The notes: generated by a model from the sequence alone, not told the origin. DNA of 58,590 nt from Armatimonadota bacterium (GCA_037443365.1 JBBIOM010000005.1:5760-64349); one strand, 5' to 3'; positions 19,526-30,653 are shown, counted from the stretch's first letter. Translations and numbers: made by a program.

Positions 19526-20575
19526 TTGCGCACCCCCACCACAGCGATCGTGCTCCTCGGGATGCTGATCGCGGTGGCCCCCTCTATCGGGGCCGCGGAT
19601 ACCCCTCGCCTTCCCGTTCCGTCCGTAGATGTTCCGGCTTCCGCCGAGGATGCTCTCCGGCAGATGGCCGCGGCGCGGCCGTCCGCGCGCGCTGTTCGGC
19701 AGATCGTCGAGGCAGAGGCGGCGGCAAGAGCGGCGATCGAGGCGCCCGCCCCAAACCCTGCTCGTGTCACGTACACGGTGCAGGCCGGGGATACGCTCTG
19801 GACGATAGCGCAGCGGCACGGTGTCGCGGTCGAGGATCTCGCCTCGGCCAACCGCATCGCGCTGACTGCCATACTATCGTTGGGCAGGCAGCTATCGGTC
19901 CCAGCAGGCGGAGGCCCGGCTTCCCCCTCAGGACGCGCGGCCCATGCTTCCGCGCCGTCCGCGCGGCCCGCGGTGCACGTGGTGCGCAGCGGCGAGACCC
20001 TGTGGGAGATCGCCGGCCGCTACGGGACGCGGGTCGAGGAACTGATGGCGCTGAACGATCTGGGTCACTCCGACTGGATCAAGCCGGGGCAGCGGATCGT
20101 CGTTTCTTCCAGCGCGCTCCCGCGGCACCGCCAGATCGAGGTGCGGGCGCGTACCCGGCCCGGTCAGGCAGGACCAGTGATGGCCGATGTCTCGGTGCTG
20201 CGTTCCGGGGGGGCCTTCATCTGGCCGGCGCGCGGCACCCTGACCTCACGCTACGGCTGGCGGTACCGCCGACAGCACGAGGGCATTGACCTGGCCGCTC
20301 CTCGCGGCACGCCGATCTACGCGGCGCGCGATGGCGTCGTGGAGTACTCGGGGTGGAAGGGCGGATACGGGCGGGTGGTGTTTATCGGCCACGGCGGCGG
20401 TGTTACCACGGTGTACGGTCATGCATCGAAGCTCCTTGTGCAGCCCGGTCAGCGCGTCAAGAAAGGCCAACTGATAGCCCTCGTCGGCTGCACAGGCTAC
20501 TGCACGGGGCCACACCTGCACTTCGAGGTCCGCGTCAACGGACGCTCGGTCAACCCGCTGAGATACCTCCGCTGA
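19526..20575 (+). CDS. LysM-repeat M23 metallopeptidase (cell-wall endopeptidase)
   Basis: Two LysM repeats (YTVQAGDTLWTIA; HVVRSGETLWEIA), HEGID, YGH and HLHFE; GAGGAGG before TTG 19526. Confidence 0.92.
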   Translation: MRTPTTAIVLLGMLIAVAPSIGAADTPRLPVPSVDVPASAEDALRQMAAARPSARAVRQIVEAEAAARAAIEAPAPNPARVTYTVQAGDTLWTIAQRHGVAVEDLASANRIALTAILSLGRQLSVPAGGGPASPSGRAAHASAPSARPAVHVVRSGETLWEIAGRYGTRVEELMALNDLGHSDWIKPGQRIVVSSSALPRHRQIEVRARTRPGQAGPVMADVSVLRSGGAFIWPARGTLTSRYGWRYRRQHEGIDLAAPRGTPIYAARDGVVEYSGWKGGYGRVVFIGHGGGVTTVYGHASKLLVQPGQRVKKGQLIALVGCTGYCTGPHLHFEVRVNGRSVNPLRYLR

Positions 20576-20602
20576 TCGCGCCTCGACGCTGGCGACCTGA
20601 TC

Positions 20603-20611
20603 TGATATAAT
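20603..20611 (+). promoter_or_regulatory. Extended -10 promoter of rpmE
   Basis: TGaTATAAT about 45 nt upstream of the rpmE ATG. Confidence 0.6.
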
Positions 20612-20654
20612 CGCGCGTGTTCCCACGACCCCAGGCGGCAACCAGGAGAAGGAC

Positions 20655-20861
20655 ATGAAGCAGGGCATCCACCCGCAATACCACGAGGCGCGCGTCACCT
20701 GCGCGTGCGGCGAGTCGTTCGTGACGGGATCCACCAAGAAGGCGATCCGCGTCGAGATCTGCTCCAAGTGCCATCCTTTCTACACCGGGCAGCGCAGGTA
20801 CGTTGACGCGGAGGGTAGGGTCCAGAAGTTCGCCCGCAAGTACGGCCTGAAGGTCCAGTAA
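20655..20861 (+). CDS. rpmE: 50S ribosomal protein L31 (Zn-binding type)
   Basis: [28 protein letters not shown]. Confidence 0.97.
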   Translation: MKQGIHPQYHEARVTCACGESFVTGSTKKAIRVEICSKCHPFYTGQRRYVDAEGRVQKFARKYGLKVQ

Positions 20862-20991
20862 CCCCACGCGTCCCCTGGCCCTGGCGCAGGTCGCTCTCTT
20901 CGCGGGTTCCGTCCTGGCGTGGAGCCCGCCGGCGGTTCCTCTCCCACGAGTTGAGACATCGGCGCCCAGGGTACAGCCGTGGGTCGTTGCC

Positions 20992-22020
20992 GTGGGCGCG
21001 CGCTCCGCGGTCTACGCTCTCCCCGGCGCGCCCGAGGAGGCCCTGACCGGATCGATCGCGCGCCTGCTGGACGGCCTCCTGGCGCAGGTCGAGCACGACA
21101 GCGGGATCGCGCCGGGCGGCTTGTTCATCTATCCGCTCTACCCGTCGCCGGAGCGGTTCCGGAGGGACTGGTGGCAGTTCGCCGTTCTCCGGGGCACCAC
21201 GTTGCACGGCTGGGGGACCCTCATCGAGGACGGCAAGGCGCATGTCTCCCCCTACCAGATAGCGCGGATTGTCACGCGCCGGGAGGTGGGGCGGGCCGTG
21301 CCGCTCCTGTCCTGGGGGCTGGGGGACCTCATCGCCGATCGGCTGGCGGGAGTTGACAGCCACGCTCACGCGAAGCTGGTTCTCGAGCGAGAAGGACTCC
21401 CTGAGGTGGCGCAGATAGTCCACCAGCTCGACTTCAGCCGGGCCCTGCCGGCCTCCTACCTCCAGAGCGTGTCGTTCCTCGCCTATCTGGCCGAGGAGCA
21501 CGGCATGCATCGCGTGGTTGCGTTTGCACGCGCTGCGGGTGGACGATGGTACGACTTCCACGAGGTGTTCCAGCGCGAGTTTGGCGTTTCTGTGGGCGAG
21601 GCCGAAGGGCGCTGGCGCGCGCGGCTTGCGCAGACGGCATCCCCGCGTCTCTCGGACGCCGAGTTCCGGGGCTACGTGCGTGGGCTGGAGTATGCATGCG
21701 CCTACACGCTGGCTCAGTCTCCGGGTCGGCTGGTTTCCAGGCCCGGCGGCGCGATAGCCTACGTCGAGGCGCTGCGCGCGACCGGGGCCCTGCGCCGGTT
21801 CGACGTGACGGAGGCCGCCCGGTCGGTCGCGGCCGGGCGGCGAGCCGCGGAGCAGGTCCAGCGGCGGACCCTGCGCACGCGGCTTGCGACCACGACGGCG
21901 CTGTGGGCGCTGGGCCTGGGCCCGATCGTTCTGGCCGTGCTGCTCCTCGCATGGCCGGCCATCCGCGGCGCCTGGCGCAGCCGGGGCCGCAGGCGCGCAC
22001 ACACCAGGAGGGCGGGATGA
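20992..22020 (+). CDS. Hypothetical exported/membrane-anchored protein, weak peptidase MA-like similarity; true start probably upstream
   Basis: Y.QS.SF..YLAEE.G...F...FG segment and a C-terminal TM helix; frame open back to 20851 with a signal-like stretch. Confidence 0.6.
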   Translation: MGARSAVYALPGAPEEALTGSIARLLDGLLAQVEHDSGIAPGGLFIYPLYPSPERFRRDWWQFAVLRGTTLHGWGTLIEDGKAHVSPYQIARIVTRREVGRAVPLLSWGLGDLIADRLAGVDSHAHAKLVLEREGLPEVAQIVHQLDFSRALPASYLQSVSFLAYLAEEHGMHRVVAFARAAGGRWYDFHEVFQREFGVSVGEAEGRWRARLAQTASPRLSDAEFRGYVRGLEYACAYTLAQSPGRLVSRPGGAIAYVEALRATGALRRFDVTEAARSVAAGRRAAEQVQRRTLRTRLATTTALWALGLGPIVLAVLLLAWPAIRGAWRSRGRRRAHTRRAG

Positions 22021-22607
22021 ATCGCGCGACCGGAACCATAGAGATCATCTGCGGGAGCATGTTCAGCGGCAAGACCGAAGAGCTCATCCGGCGCGTGCGT
22101 CGAGCGCAGATCGCCCGCCAACGCGTGGCCGTCTTCAAGCACGCGCTGGACGATCGCTACGGGGCCGGCTCGATCACATCGCACAACGGCGTGCGCATCG
22201 AGGCGGTACCCGTGACCCGCAGCGCCGAGATCCTGACCCAGGTGGCCCCGGGTGTGGAGGTCGTGGCCGTGGACGAGGTGCAGTTCCTCGACGACGGGAT
22301 CGGGCAGGTGGCCGCGGCGCTTGCCGGTAGGGGCATCCGCGTCCTGCTTGCCGGGCTCGACACCGATTTCCGCGGAGCCCCCTTCGGCCCCATACCCCAC
22401 CTGCTTGCCGTCGCCGAGGAGGTCACCAAGCTCCAGGCGATCTGCATGCGGTGTGGGGCGCCGGCCAGTCGTACCCAGCGCCTGGTCGAGGGCCACCCCG
22501 CGCACTACGGCGATCCGGTGATCCTGGTGGGAGCGCGGGAGTCATACGAGGCGCGCTGCAGGAGATGCCACGAGGTGCCAGGGCGCCCCGGCGACGCGGT
22601 GCTATAA
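22017..22607 (+). CDS. tdk: Thymidine kinase
   Basis: [30 protein letters not shown] and YEARCR.CH motifs. Confidence 0.96.
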   Translation: MNRATGTIEIICGSMFSGKTEELIRRVRRAQIARQRVAVFKHALDDRYGAGSITSHNGVRIEAVPVTRSAEILTQVAPGVEVVAVDEVQFLDDGIGQVAAALAGRGIRVLLAGLDTDFRGAPFGPIPHLLAVAEEVTKLQAICMRCGAPASRTQRLVEGHPAHYGDPVILVGARESYEARCRRCHEVPGRPGDAVL

Positions 22608-22608
22608 T
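22600..22608 (+). promoter_or_regulatory. Extended -10 overlapping the tdk stop codon; near-leaderless prfA promoter
   Basis: TGcTATAAT, 9 nt before ATG 22618. Confidence 0.5.
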
Positions 22609-22617
22609 CGGAGCGGC

Positions 22618-23702
<1,085 letters not shown>

Positions 23703-23706
<4 letters not shown>

Positions 23707-24569
23707 GGACCATCGCCGACGCCTGGCTGGCCGGCAAGGAGCGCCTGGCTGCAAGCGGGGTTGAAGAGGCCGGCCCGACGGCCGAGGTCCTCTTGCGCCA
23801 TGCGCTCGACCTGACACGCGCGCAGCTCTACACCGCGTGGAACAGTCCGATTCCAGAGGACGCCAGGATCCAGTACCTGCGCTGTGTCGGCGAGCGCGCA
23901 CGCGGGCGGCCGCTGGCCTACATCGTCGGCCGCCGTGAGTTCATGGGGCTCGACTTTCTGGTTGACGAGCGGGTCCTGATCCCGCGGCCCGAGACCGAAA
24001 CGCTGGTGGAGGTCGTGCTGGAACTGGTGCGCTCCTCCACCGCGCCCGTCGTGGCCGATATCGGCACGGGCAGCGGTGCAATCGCGGTTTCCGTCGCGGT
24101 CCTGCGGCCCGACGCCGCGGTGGTGGCAACCGATATCTCGCCCGAGGCCCTGGAGGTGGCGCGCGCCAACGCTTCACGGCACGCCGTGGCGGAGCGCATC
24201 ACCTTCCTTGCCGGCGACCTGCTGGAACCGCTGATTGATGCCGGATGGCGGCTCGACGTGCTTGCATGTAATCCACCTTACCTGGATTTGGAAGCCGCCG
24301 CAGGGCTGCCGCGCGAGATCCGGGAGTTCGAGCCTCCCCTGGCGGTCGTGGCGCCGGAGTGCGGCGAGAGCGTGCACGCCCGGCTGGTGGATGCCGCGCC
24401 GGGCGCGCTGCGGCCCGGCGGCTGGCTGGTGCTCGAGGTGGCAGCAGGCCAGGCGCCGCGCGTGGTCGAACTCCTCAGGGGAAGGACCGTCTACGACGAA
24501 GCGCTGGTCCGGCGCGACGGCCTGGGTTGGGACCGTGTGGTCGCGGCCCGCTGGTCCGGCCGAGAATAG
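23703..24569 (+). CDS. prmC: Release factor glutamine methyltransferase
   Basis: [18 protein letters not shown] and NPPY motifs; follows prfA. Confidence 0.95.
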
Positions 24570-24602
24570 TCGCGCTGTTGCCGAGTGTGGGAGGTGGTCT
24601 GT

Positions 24603-25052
24603 GTGCGGATAGCGATCGGCGGAGACCACGCTGGGGTGATTCTGAAAGCCGAGGTGGCACGGCTACTGCTCGAGCTGAGGCACGAGGTGCGCGACTTCGG
24701 CACCAGTTCGGTCGAGCCCGTGGACTATCCCGACTACTGCATCGCGGTGGCCGAGGCCGTGGCGCACGGCGATGCGGACCGGGGCATCATCTTCGGCGGG
24801 ACCGGCAACGGCGAGGCGATGGCCGCCAACAAGGTCCGCGGCATCCGCTGCGCTGTGGTGCACGATGTCACGACGGCCAGGTTGGCCCGATCCCACAACG
24901 ACTCCAACATGATCGCGCTGGGCGCGCGCATCGTCGGCCAAGAGGTGGCCAAGGAGATAGTCCGCACCTGGTTGACCACCCCGTTTGAGGGCGGGCGGCA
25001 CATCCCGCGGCTCGAGAAGATCGCGCGGTACGAGGCGGCGCACAAGAAGTAA
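24603..25052 (+). CDS. rpiB: Ribose-5-phosphate isomerase B
   Basis: IAIGGDHAG, DYPD, GTGNG..MAANKV.GIR, HND.N and FEGGRH motifs; GGAGG RBS. Confidence 0.92.
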   Translation: MRIAIGGDHAGVILKAEVARLLLELRHEVRDFGTSSVEPVDYPDYCIAVAEAVAHGDADRGIIFGGTGNGEAMAANKVRGIRCAVVHDVTTARLARSHNDSNMIALGARIVGQEVAKEIVRTWLTTPFEGGRHIPRLEKIARYEAAHKK

Positions 25053-25071
25053 GGGCCGCCGGGCGCCCGAG

Positions 25072-26403
25072 CTACGGGATTCCCGGCACCGGGAACCCCT
25101 GGCACAGAGCGCGCACTTCCTCCCGGATGGCCGCGAGGCGAGGGGAGGTCTCGATCGCGGCGCGGAACTCCTTCAAGACCCGGTTCCTGGCTTCTTTCTC
25201 CTCGGGCAGCCGGAACCCGGCGATCTCCTCGCGCACCGCAGCCATCCAGTCCGCGATCCGGGCCATCTCGGCCTCGCGCATGCCGCGCGTCGTCGCCGCC
25301 GGCGTGCCCAGGCGCACGCCCGAGGGGTAGAACGCGGACGAGGGCTCGCCGGGGATCGTGTTCTTGTTGACCGTGATCCCGACCGCGTCCAGGGCTTCCT
25401 GCATCAGGACGCCCCGGCCGGCGCCGTCGGGCGTGAGGTCCACCAGCAGCATGTGGTTGTCCGTCCCGCCCGCGACAAGCCTGAATCCCAGGCGCGCCAG
25501 CGCCGCGGCCAGCGCGCGCGCGTTCGCCACTATCTGCGCGGCGTAGGCGCGGAATTCGGGCCGGGAGGCCTCGTCCAGCGCCACCGCGATCGCGGCGGTG
25601 GTGTGGTCGTGCGGGCCGCCCTGCAGGCCGGGAAAGATCGCCCGATCCACCTTCTCGGGGAGTTGCCGGTCCTTGGCCACGCCTCGGTGGGTGACCATGA
25701 TCAGCGCGCCGCGAGGGCCACGCAGCGTCTTGTGGGTGGTGGTGGTGACGATGTGCGCGTGCTCGACCGGGCTGGGGTGCGCGCCGCCGGCTACGAGTCC
25801 CGCGATGTGGGCTATGTCCGCGGCCAGATACGCCCCCACATCGTCTGCGATCTCGGCGAACCGCGCGAACGGCATCTCCCGCACGTAGGCGGTCGCGCCG
25901 CACCAGATCAGGCGAGGCCGCACCTCGCGGGCGAGGCGACGCACCTCGTCGAAGTCTATCTCGCCGTCGGCCCGCACGTGGTACGGCACGCTTCGGTAGA
26001 AGATGCCGGTGGCGCTCACCTTCCACCCGTGCGTCAGGTGGCCGCCGTCGGTCAGGTTCTGGCCCATGATGACGTCGCCCGGCTCGCATACGGCCAGATA
26101 GACCGCCAGATTGGCGGGGCTCCCGGAGTAGGGTTGGACGTTCACGTGCGGCACCCGGAACATGTCCCTCGCACGCCGCTGCGCCAGCCGCTCGATCTCG
26201 TCTATGTGCTCGTTGCCGCCATAGTACCTGCGGCCCGGATACCCCTCCGAGTACTTGTTGGTGAGGATCGAGCCCATCGCCTCGAGCACGGCGGGGGAGG
26301 TGTAGTTCTCGGACGGTATCAGCTCGATGCCTTCCCGCTGCCGCGTGCGTTCGTGCGACATCATTGCGTGCAGTTCTGGGTCCTGCTTCTCGAGGATCAT
26401 CAC
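25072..26403 (-). CDS. glyA: Serine hydroxymethyltransferase
   Basis: LIPSEN, NKYSEGYPG.RYYGG, NVQPYSGS, GGHLTHG, TTTHKTLRGPRG, FPGLQGGP and GTDNH motifs. Confidence 0.97.
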   Translation of the reverse strand: MMILEKQDPELHAMMSHERTRQREGIELIPSENYTSPAVLEAMGSILTNKYSEGYPGRRYYGGNEHIDEIERLAQRRARDMFRVPHVNVQPYSGSPANLAVYLAVCEPGDVIMGQNLTDGGHLTHGWKVSATGIFYRSVPYHVRADGEIDFDEVRRLAREVRPRLIWCGATAYVREMPFARFAEIADDVGAYLAADIAHIAGLVAGGAHPSPVEHAHIVTTTTHKTLRGPRGALIMVTHRGVAKDRQLPEKVDRAIFPGLQGGPHDHTTAAIAVALDEASRPEFRAYAAQIVANARALAAALARLGFRLVAGGTDNHMLLVDLTPDGAGRGVLMQEALDAVGITVNKNTIPGEPSSAFYPSGVRLGTPAATTRGMREAEMARIADWMAAVREEIAGFRLPEEKEARNRVLKEFRAAIETSPRLAAIREEVRALCQGFPVPGIP

Positions 26404-26537
26404 GGACCTCCAACGGGCACCTTTGTCATCTACGGATTGACTTCGGCGGCCACCCGCGGCATGCCTCTTGCGGGAGGACTGGTTTCCCGACGCATCGAAG
26501 CCGGTAGCGACTCCCAGACCATCCAGGAGGCCAGGCG

Positions 26538-27167
26538 ATGGCCAACGTGCATGTGTTCGACCACCCGCTGATCCGGCACAAGCTCACGATTCTGCGCGAC
26601 AAGCGCACCGGCCACAAGGAGTTCCGCGAGATCACCGAGGAGCTGGCCGCGCTGATGGCCTACGAGGCGACCCGCTCGCACCCCGTGCGAAGGGTGGAGG
26701 TGGAGACCCCGCTCGCCAAGACCACCGGCTGGTCCATCGCCGGACAGGAGCTCGCGGTGGTCCCGATCTTGCGGGCCGGACTGGTGATGGAGACGGCGAT
26801 TACGCGGCTGATTCCCACCGCGCGGGTCGGACACATAGGCATGTACCGCGATCACGATACCTTGGAGCCGGTCAGCTACTTCGTGAAGCTGCCGGCCGAC
26901 ATCGCCGAGCGCGAGGCGATGATCCTCGATCCCATGCTGGCCACCGGCGGTTCCACGGTGGAGGCGGTAAACACCCTCAAGGCCCACGGATGCCACAACA
27001 TCAAAGTGATGGCGATCATCTCGGCGCCAGAGGGGATCAAGAAGGTCCAGGATGCCCACCCGGACGTTGAGATCTACACCGCCGAGGTGGACAGCCACCT
27101 CAACGACAAGGGCTACATAGTGCCCGGTTTGGGAGACGCGGGCGACCGCCTGTTCGGCACCAAGTAG
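26538..27167 (+). CDS. upp: Uracil phosphoribosyltransferase
   Basis: [25 protein letters not shown] and [17 protein letters not shown]. Confidence 0.97.
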   Translation: MANVHVFDHPLIRHKLTILRDKRTGHKEFREITEELAALMAYEATRSHPVRRVEVETPLAKTTGWSIAGQELAVVPILRAGLVMETAITRLIPTARVGHIGMYRDHDTLEPVSYFVKLPADIAEREAMILDPMLATGGSTVEAVNTLKAHGCHNIKVMAIISAPEGIKKVQDAHPDVEIYTAEVDSHLNDKGYIVPGLGDAGDRLFGTK

Positions 27168-27175
27168 ATACGCCC

Positions 27176-28909
27176 GTGAGCGTCGTCGCCGCCGTCCTGG
27201 CCTTCCTTCTGGGAAGCATCCCCGCCGGGTACGCGGTCGGCCGGCTCCGCCGCGGCGTGGATCTGCGCCGCTACAGCGCGCACAACCTCGGTCTCGGAAC
27301 GGTTGCGGCCGCGGCCGGGACGCTCACCCTCGCGCTGGCAGCGGCGCTTGACCTCATCAAGGGAGGACTGGCGGTTGCCGCCGCGCGGTTGCTGGGTGGC
27401 GGCGACTGGGCCCTTGCCGCCTCTGCGATTGCGGTCGTGGCCGGGCACGCCTTCTCGCCCTTCTGGCTGCTTGCGCCGCCGGCACGCGCGCGCCTGAAGG
27501 GCACCGCGGTGGTGGCGGGGACGTTGCTTGGGTTGGGTGCCCTGGCCGCGGTTCCGCCGGCTGCGATTGCGGCTGCCGTGGGTGTGGCAGCGCTGAGCCT
27601 GATCCTGCCTTGGATCACTGGCAGGCGCTGGGGCTATCTCTCGCTGGCGACCGTGCTCGCGACGGCCAGCCTTCCTGTGGCACTGTGGGTGCTGGGGGGG
27701 CGAGTGCCCTACCTGGCGCTGTCCGCGGCGCTGGCGCTTATCTCCTTGTGGAACCACAAGGAGCATCTGGCGCGGATCGCCGACGGCACCGAGCCCAGGA
27801 TGGGCGAGCGTCTTCCCCTGCCGCGGCTCCCCGGCGACGATGCCGTCTGCGCGTTTCTGATCCACCCGATGACCGTTGACGACAACTGGGAGGCCGGCAG
27901 GTTTCGCTGGCTCCTGCCCCTGCGCCGCCGCGGACTGATCGGCGACGCGTTCGTTCGGCGATTGGCGCGATTCGTACGGCCCATGAAGGTGGACGACCTC
28001 CACCCGGTGATCACCAGGGACGGCAGGCGCGCGCGCGTCTACCTGATAGGGGTCCCGATGCTGCCCGATCAGATCAGGGCCGACCCCGGCCTGGCCGTGC
28101 GCCGCGCGGTGCAGGCCGCTCACCTGGCCGAGAACCTGGGAGCCACGGTGCTGGGGCTGGGCGCCTACTGGTCCGTTGTGGGTGGCAAGGGCGTCGAGGT
28201 GGCAGGAAGATCCGGGATCGCGGTGACCAACGGCGGCGCTTACACCGCCGGCACCGTGAGGATGGCTGTGCCATTGATACTCGAGCGCCTTCGCTCGCGC
28301 GGCGTCGACCCGTCCGGCGCCACGATCGCGGTGGTCGGCGCAGGCGGCGTCGTGGGATTCGGTATCTGCCGCCAGATAGCCGGGTGTGTGGGACGCCTGA
28401 TCATGCTGGGGACCGATGCCCCACGCCTGGAGCGCTCGCGGGAGCTGCTGGCTCGCCGCCACCCCGGCCTTCGCATCGAGACGACGACCGACCACGCGGC
28501 GCTGCGGCAGGCCGACGCCATCTTCACCGCCACCTCCTCGCCGCGCCCGGTCGTCTTCCCCGAGCACGTCAGGGAGGGGTGCCTCATCATAGACCTGGGA
28601 AGGCCCTACGATGTGGACGAGTCAGTGAAGGCGACACCTGGCGTCGAGGTGATCCCGGGAGGAGTCGTGCGTCTTCCGGGGAATCCCAGGTGGCAAATCA
28701 ACCTGGGGTACGGGCCGGGACTCGTGCCCGCGTGCTTGGCGGAGACGGCGATCATCGCGCTGGACGGCTGCACCCAGCGCGTGAGCCTGGGTGATCGCAC
28801 GAGAGCCGAGGACATCGAGTACCTGATGGCACGGGCGGCCGAGATGGGGTTCGAGGTCATTGCTAGGGCGATCGGGAGGGTCGGTGATGACGAAAGAGCA
28901 GGTGCTTGA
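27176..28909 (+). CDS. Fusion: divergent PlsY-like acyltransferase + acyl-ACP-reductase-like NAD(P)-binding domain
   Basis: N-terminal LLGSIP.G..DLR, DLIKG, GH.FS, H...RI..G.E; C-terminal AFLIHP, LGLGAY.SVV, TNG.AYTA, AVVGAGG.VG, ACLAE. Confidence 0.8.
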   Translation: MSVVAAVLAFLLGSIPAGYAVGRLRRGVDLRRYSAHNLGLGTVAAAAGTLTLALAAALDLIKGGLAVAAARLLGGGDWALAASAIAVVAGHAFSPFWLLAPPARARLKGTAVVAGTLLGLGALAAVPPAAIAAAVGVAALSLILPWITGRRWGYLSLATVLATASLPVALWVLGGRVPYLALSAALALISLWNHKEHLARIADGTEPRMGERLPLPRLPGDDAVCAFLIHPMTVDDNWEAGRFRWLLPLRRRGLIGDAFVRRLARFVRPMKVDDLHPVITRDGRRARVYLIGVPMLPDQIRADPGLAVRRAVQAAHLAENLGATVLGLGAYWSVVGGKGVEVAGRSGIAVTNGGAYTAGTVRMAVPLILERLRSRGVDPSGATIAVVGAGGVVGFGICRQIAGCVGRLIMLGTDAPRLERSRELLARRHPGLRIETTTDHAALRQADAIFTATSSPRPVVFPEHVREGCLIIDLGRPYDVDESVKATPGVEVIPGGVVRLPGNPRWQINLGYGPGLVPACLAETAIIALDGCTQRVSLGDRTRAEDIEYLMARAAEMGFEVIARAIGRVGDDERAGA

Positions 28910-30209
28910 GCAGGCCCGCGAGTGGGGTGTGAGGTTCGTCCGCCTGCAGTTCACGGACATCCTGGGCACCCTCAAGAACGTGGAGATACCGGTCGAGCAG
29001 CTCGAGAGGGCCCTCGATAACGAGATCTTGTTCGATGGCTCCTCCATCGAGGGCTTCGTGCGCATAGAAGAGTCGGACATGTACCTCGCGCCCGATCCTG
29101 CGACCTTCGCGCTCTTCCCCTGGAAGAACCGGGGAGGGGCCACGGCGCGCCTGATATGCGACATCCATACCACAGACCGGGAGCCGTTCGCGGGCGATCC
29201 CCGCCACGTGCTGCGGCGCGTTGTGGCCTCCGCCGCGCGCAGCGGGTTCACCATGATGGCCGGGCCCGAGTGCGAGTTCTTCATCTTCCCCACCGACGCC
29301 GACGGCCGGCCGAGGCTGACCACGCACGATCGGGCCGGCTACTTCGACATGGCGCCCGTGGACAAGGGCGAAGAAGCGCGGGCCGACATGGTGACCGCGC
29401 TGACCGCCATGGGCTTCGAGGTCGAGGCAGGGCATCACGAGGTGGCCCACGGTCAGCACGAGATTGACTTCAAGTACACCGATGTGCTGCGCTCGGCCGA
29501 CAACATCGCCACCTTCCGCCTGGTGGTGCGCACGATCGCCCGCCAGCACGGGCTTCACGCGACATTCATGCCCAAGCCCATCGCCGGCATCGCCGGGTCG
29601 GGCATGCACACGCACCAGTCGCTCTACAGCAACGGGACGAACGCCTTCTTCGATCCCCAGGGCCCCTACCAGCTCAGCAAGACCTGCCTCCAGTACGTGG
29701 GCGGGCTGCTGGCCCACGCGCGCGGCATGTGCGCGGTGACAAACCCGCTGGTCAACTCCTACAAGCGCCTCGTGCCCGGTTACGAGGCGCCGGTCTACAT
29801 CGCCTGGGCCGCGCAGAACCGGTCGCCGCTCGTACGCGTCCCGGTGGCGCGCGGGAACGCCACGCGCATCGAACTGCGCATGCCGGATCCGTCCTGCAAC
29901 CCCTACCTGGCCATGGCGGTGATGCTGGCCTCCGGCCTCGACGGCATCGCCAGGGGGCTGGATGCCGGCCCGCCGCTCAACCGCAACATCTACGCGATGA
30001 CCGAGGACGAGCTGGACAAGCTGGGCATTCGCGTTCTCCCCAGGGACCTCAACGAGGCGGTGGACGAGCTCCTGGCCGACGATCTCATGTGCGAGACGCT
30101 CGGCGGGCACATCCTGGACCACCTGACGCGCGCCAAGCGCCTGGAGTACCGGGAGTATGCCACGCGCGTGCACCCCTGGGAGGTAGAGAACTACCTGACG
30201 GCGTTCTAG
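28887..30209 (+). CDS. glnA: Glutamine synthetase type I
   Basis: LQFTDILG, FDGSSIEGF, HHEVA.GQHEI, FMPKP, GSGMH.HQS, SYKRLVPGYEAP and RIELR.PDP. Confidence 0.96.
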   Translation: MTKEQVLEQAREWGVRFVRLQFTDILGTLKNVEIPVEQLERALDNEILFDGSSIEGFVRIEESDMYLAPDPATFALFPWKNRGGATARLICDIHTTDREPFAGDPRHVLRRVVASAARSGFTMMAGPECEFFIFPTDADGRPRLTTHDRAGYFDMAPVDKGEEARADMVTALTAMGFEVEAGHHEVAHGQHEIDFKYTDVLRSADNIATFRLVVRTIARQHGLHATFMPKPIAGIAGSGMHTHQSLYSNGTNAFFDPQGPYQLSKTCLQYVGGLLAHARGMCAVTNPLVNSYKRLVPGYEAPVYIAWAAQNRSPLVRVPVARGNATRIELRMPDPSCNPYLAMAVMLASGLDGIARGLDAGPPLNRNIYAMTEDELDKLGIRVLPRDLNEAVDELLADDLMCETLGGHILDHLTRAKRLEYREYATRVHPWEVENYLTAF

Positions 30210-30653
30210 ATGGGCCGACCTTCCTGGGACGTCTACTTCATGCGGATGGCGGAACTGGCGGCCAGCCGCTCGACCTGCGTGCGCCGTCAGGTCGGCGCGG
30301 TGGTGGTCAAGGACCGGATGGTTCTCTCGACAGGATACAACGACACTCCCCGAGGGCTGCCCAACTGCGGCGACGGCGGCTGCGAGCGGTGCGCGAGCGA
30401 CGCGCCCCCAGGTGCGGCCCACGACACCTGTCTGTGCCTGCACGCCGAGCAGAACGCGATAATCCAGGCGGCCTACCACGGCGTCGCCATCGCGGGTGCC
30501 GCGATCTACGTCACGCATCAGCCGTGCCTCGTCTGCGCCAAGATGATCCTCAACGCCGGACTGCGGCGCGTCGTCTTCGGCGGCGAGTACCCGGATGAGA
30601 TGGCGCGCCAGGTACTGGAGTCAGGAGGGGTTGAACTGGCTCGCCTGGCGTGA
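30210..30653 (+). CDS. dCMP deaminase (ComEB-like)
   Basis: RPSWD.YFM, RSTC.RRQVGA, HAEQNAI and PCLVC motifs. Confidence 0.92.
   Translation: MGRPSWDVYFMRMAELAASRSTCVRRQVGAVVVKDRMVLSTGYNDTPRGLPNCGDGGCERCASDAPPGAAHDTCLCLHAEQNAIIQAAYHGVAIAGAAIYVTHQPCLVCAKMILNAGLRRVVFGGEYPDEMARQVLESGGVELARLA

Noticed and set aside
17302-19872. 856-aa antisense ORF, and similar long ORFs such as 1820-3952(-), 11350-13119(-), 28863-30518(-) and 55669-57309(-)
   Set aside because: Shadow or alternate-frame ORFs over well-identified genes; expected at ~70% GC and with no recognisable motifs
24781-24810. RpiB has IFGGTGNG instead of the usual CGTG
   Set aside because: Cys-less RpiB variants are known (actinobacterial type), so it is not treated as a pseudogene or a novelty
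26519-26533. PyrR-binding-like ATCCAGGAGGCC before upp
   Set aside because: One nucleotide short of the ARUCCNGNGAGGYU consensus and fully explained as the Shine-Dalgarno sequence
26404-26537. ZMP/ZTP or THF riboswitch upstream of glyA
   Set aside because: The minus strand lacks the ZTP hallmarks (GACUGGCG, CGCCUGGGC) and the THF consensus; the G-U pairs favour a + strand hairpin
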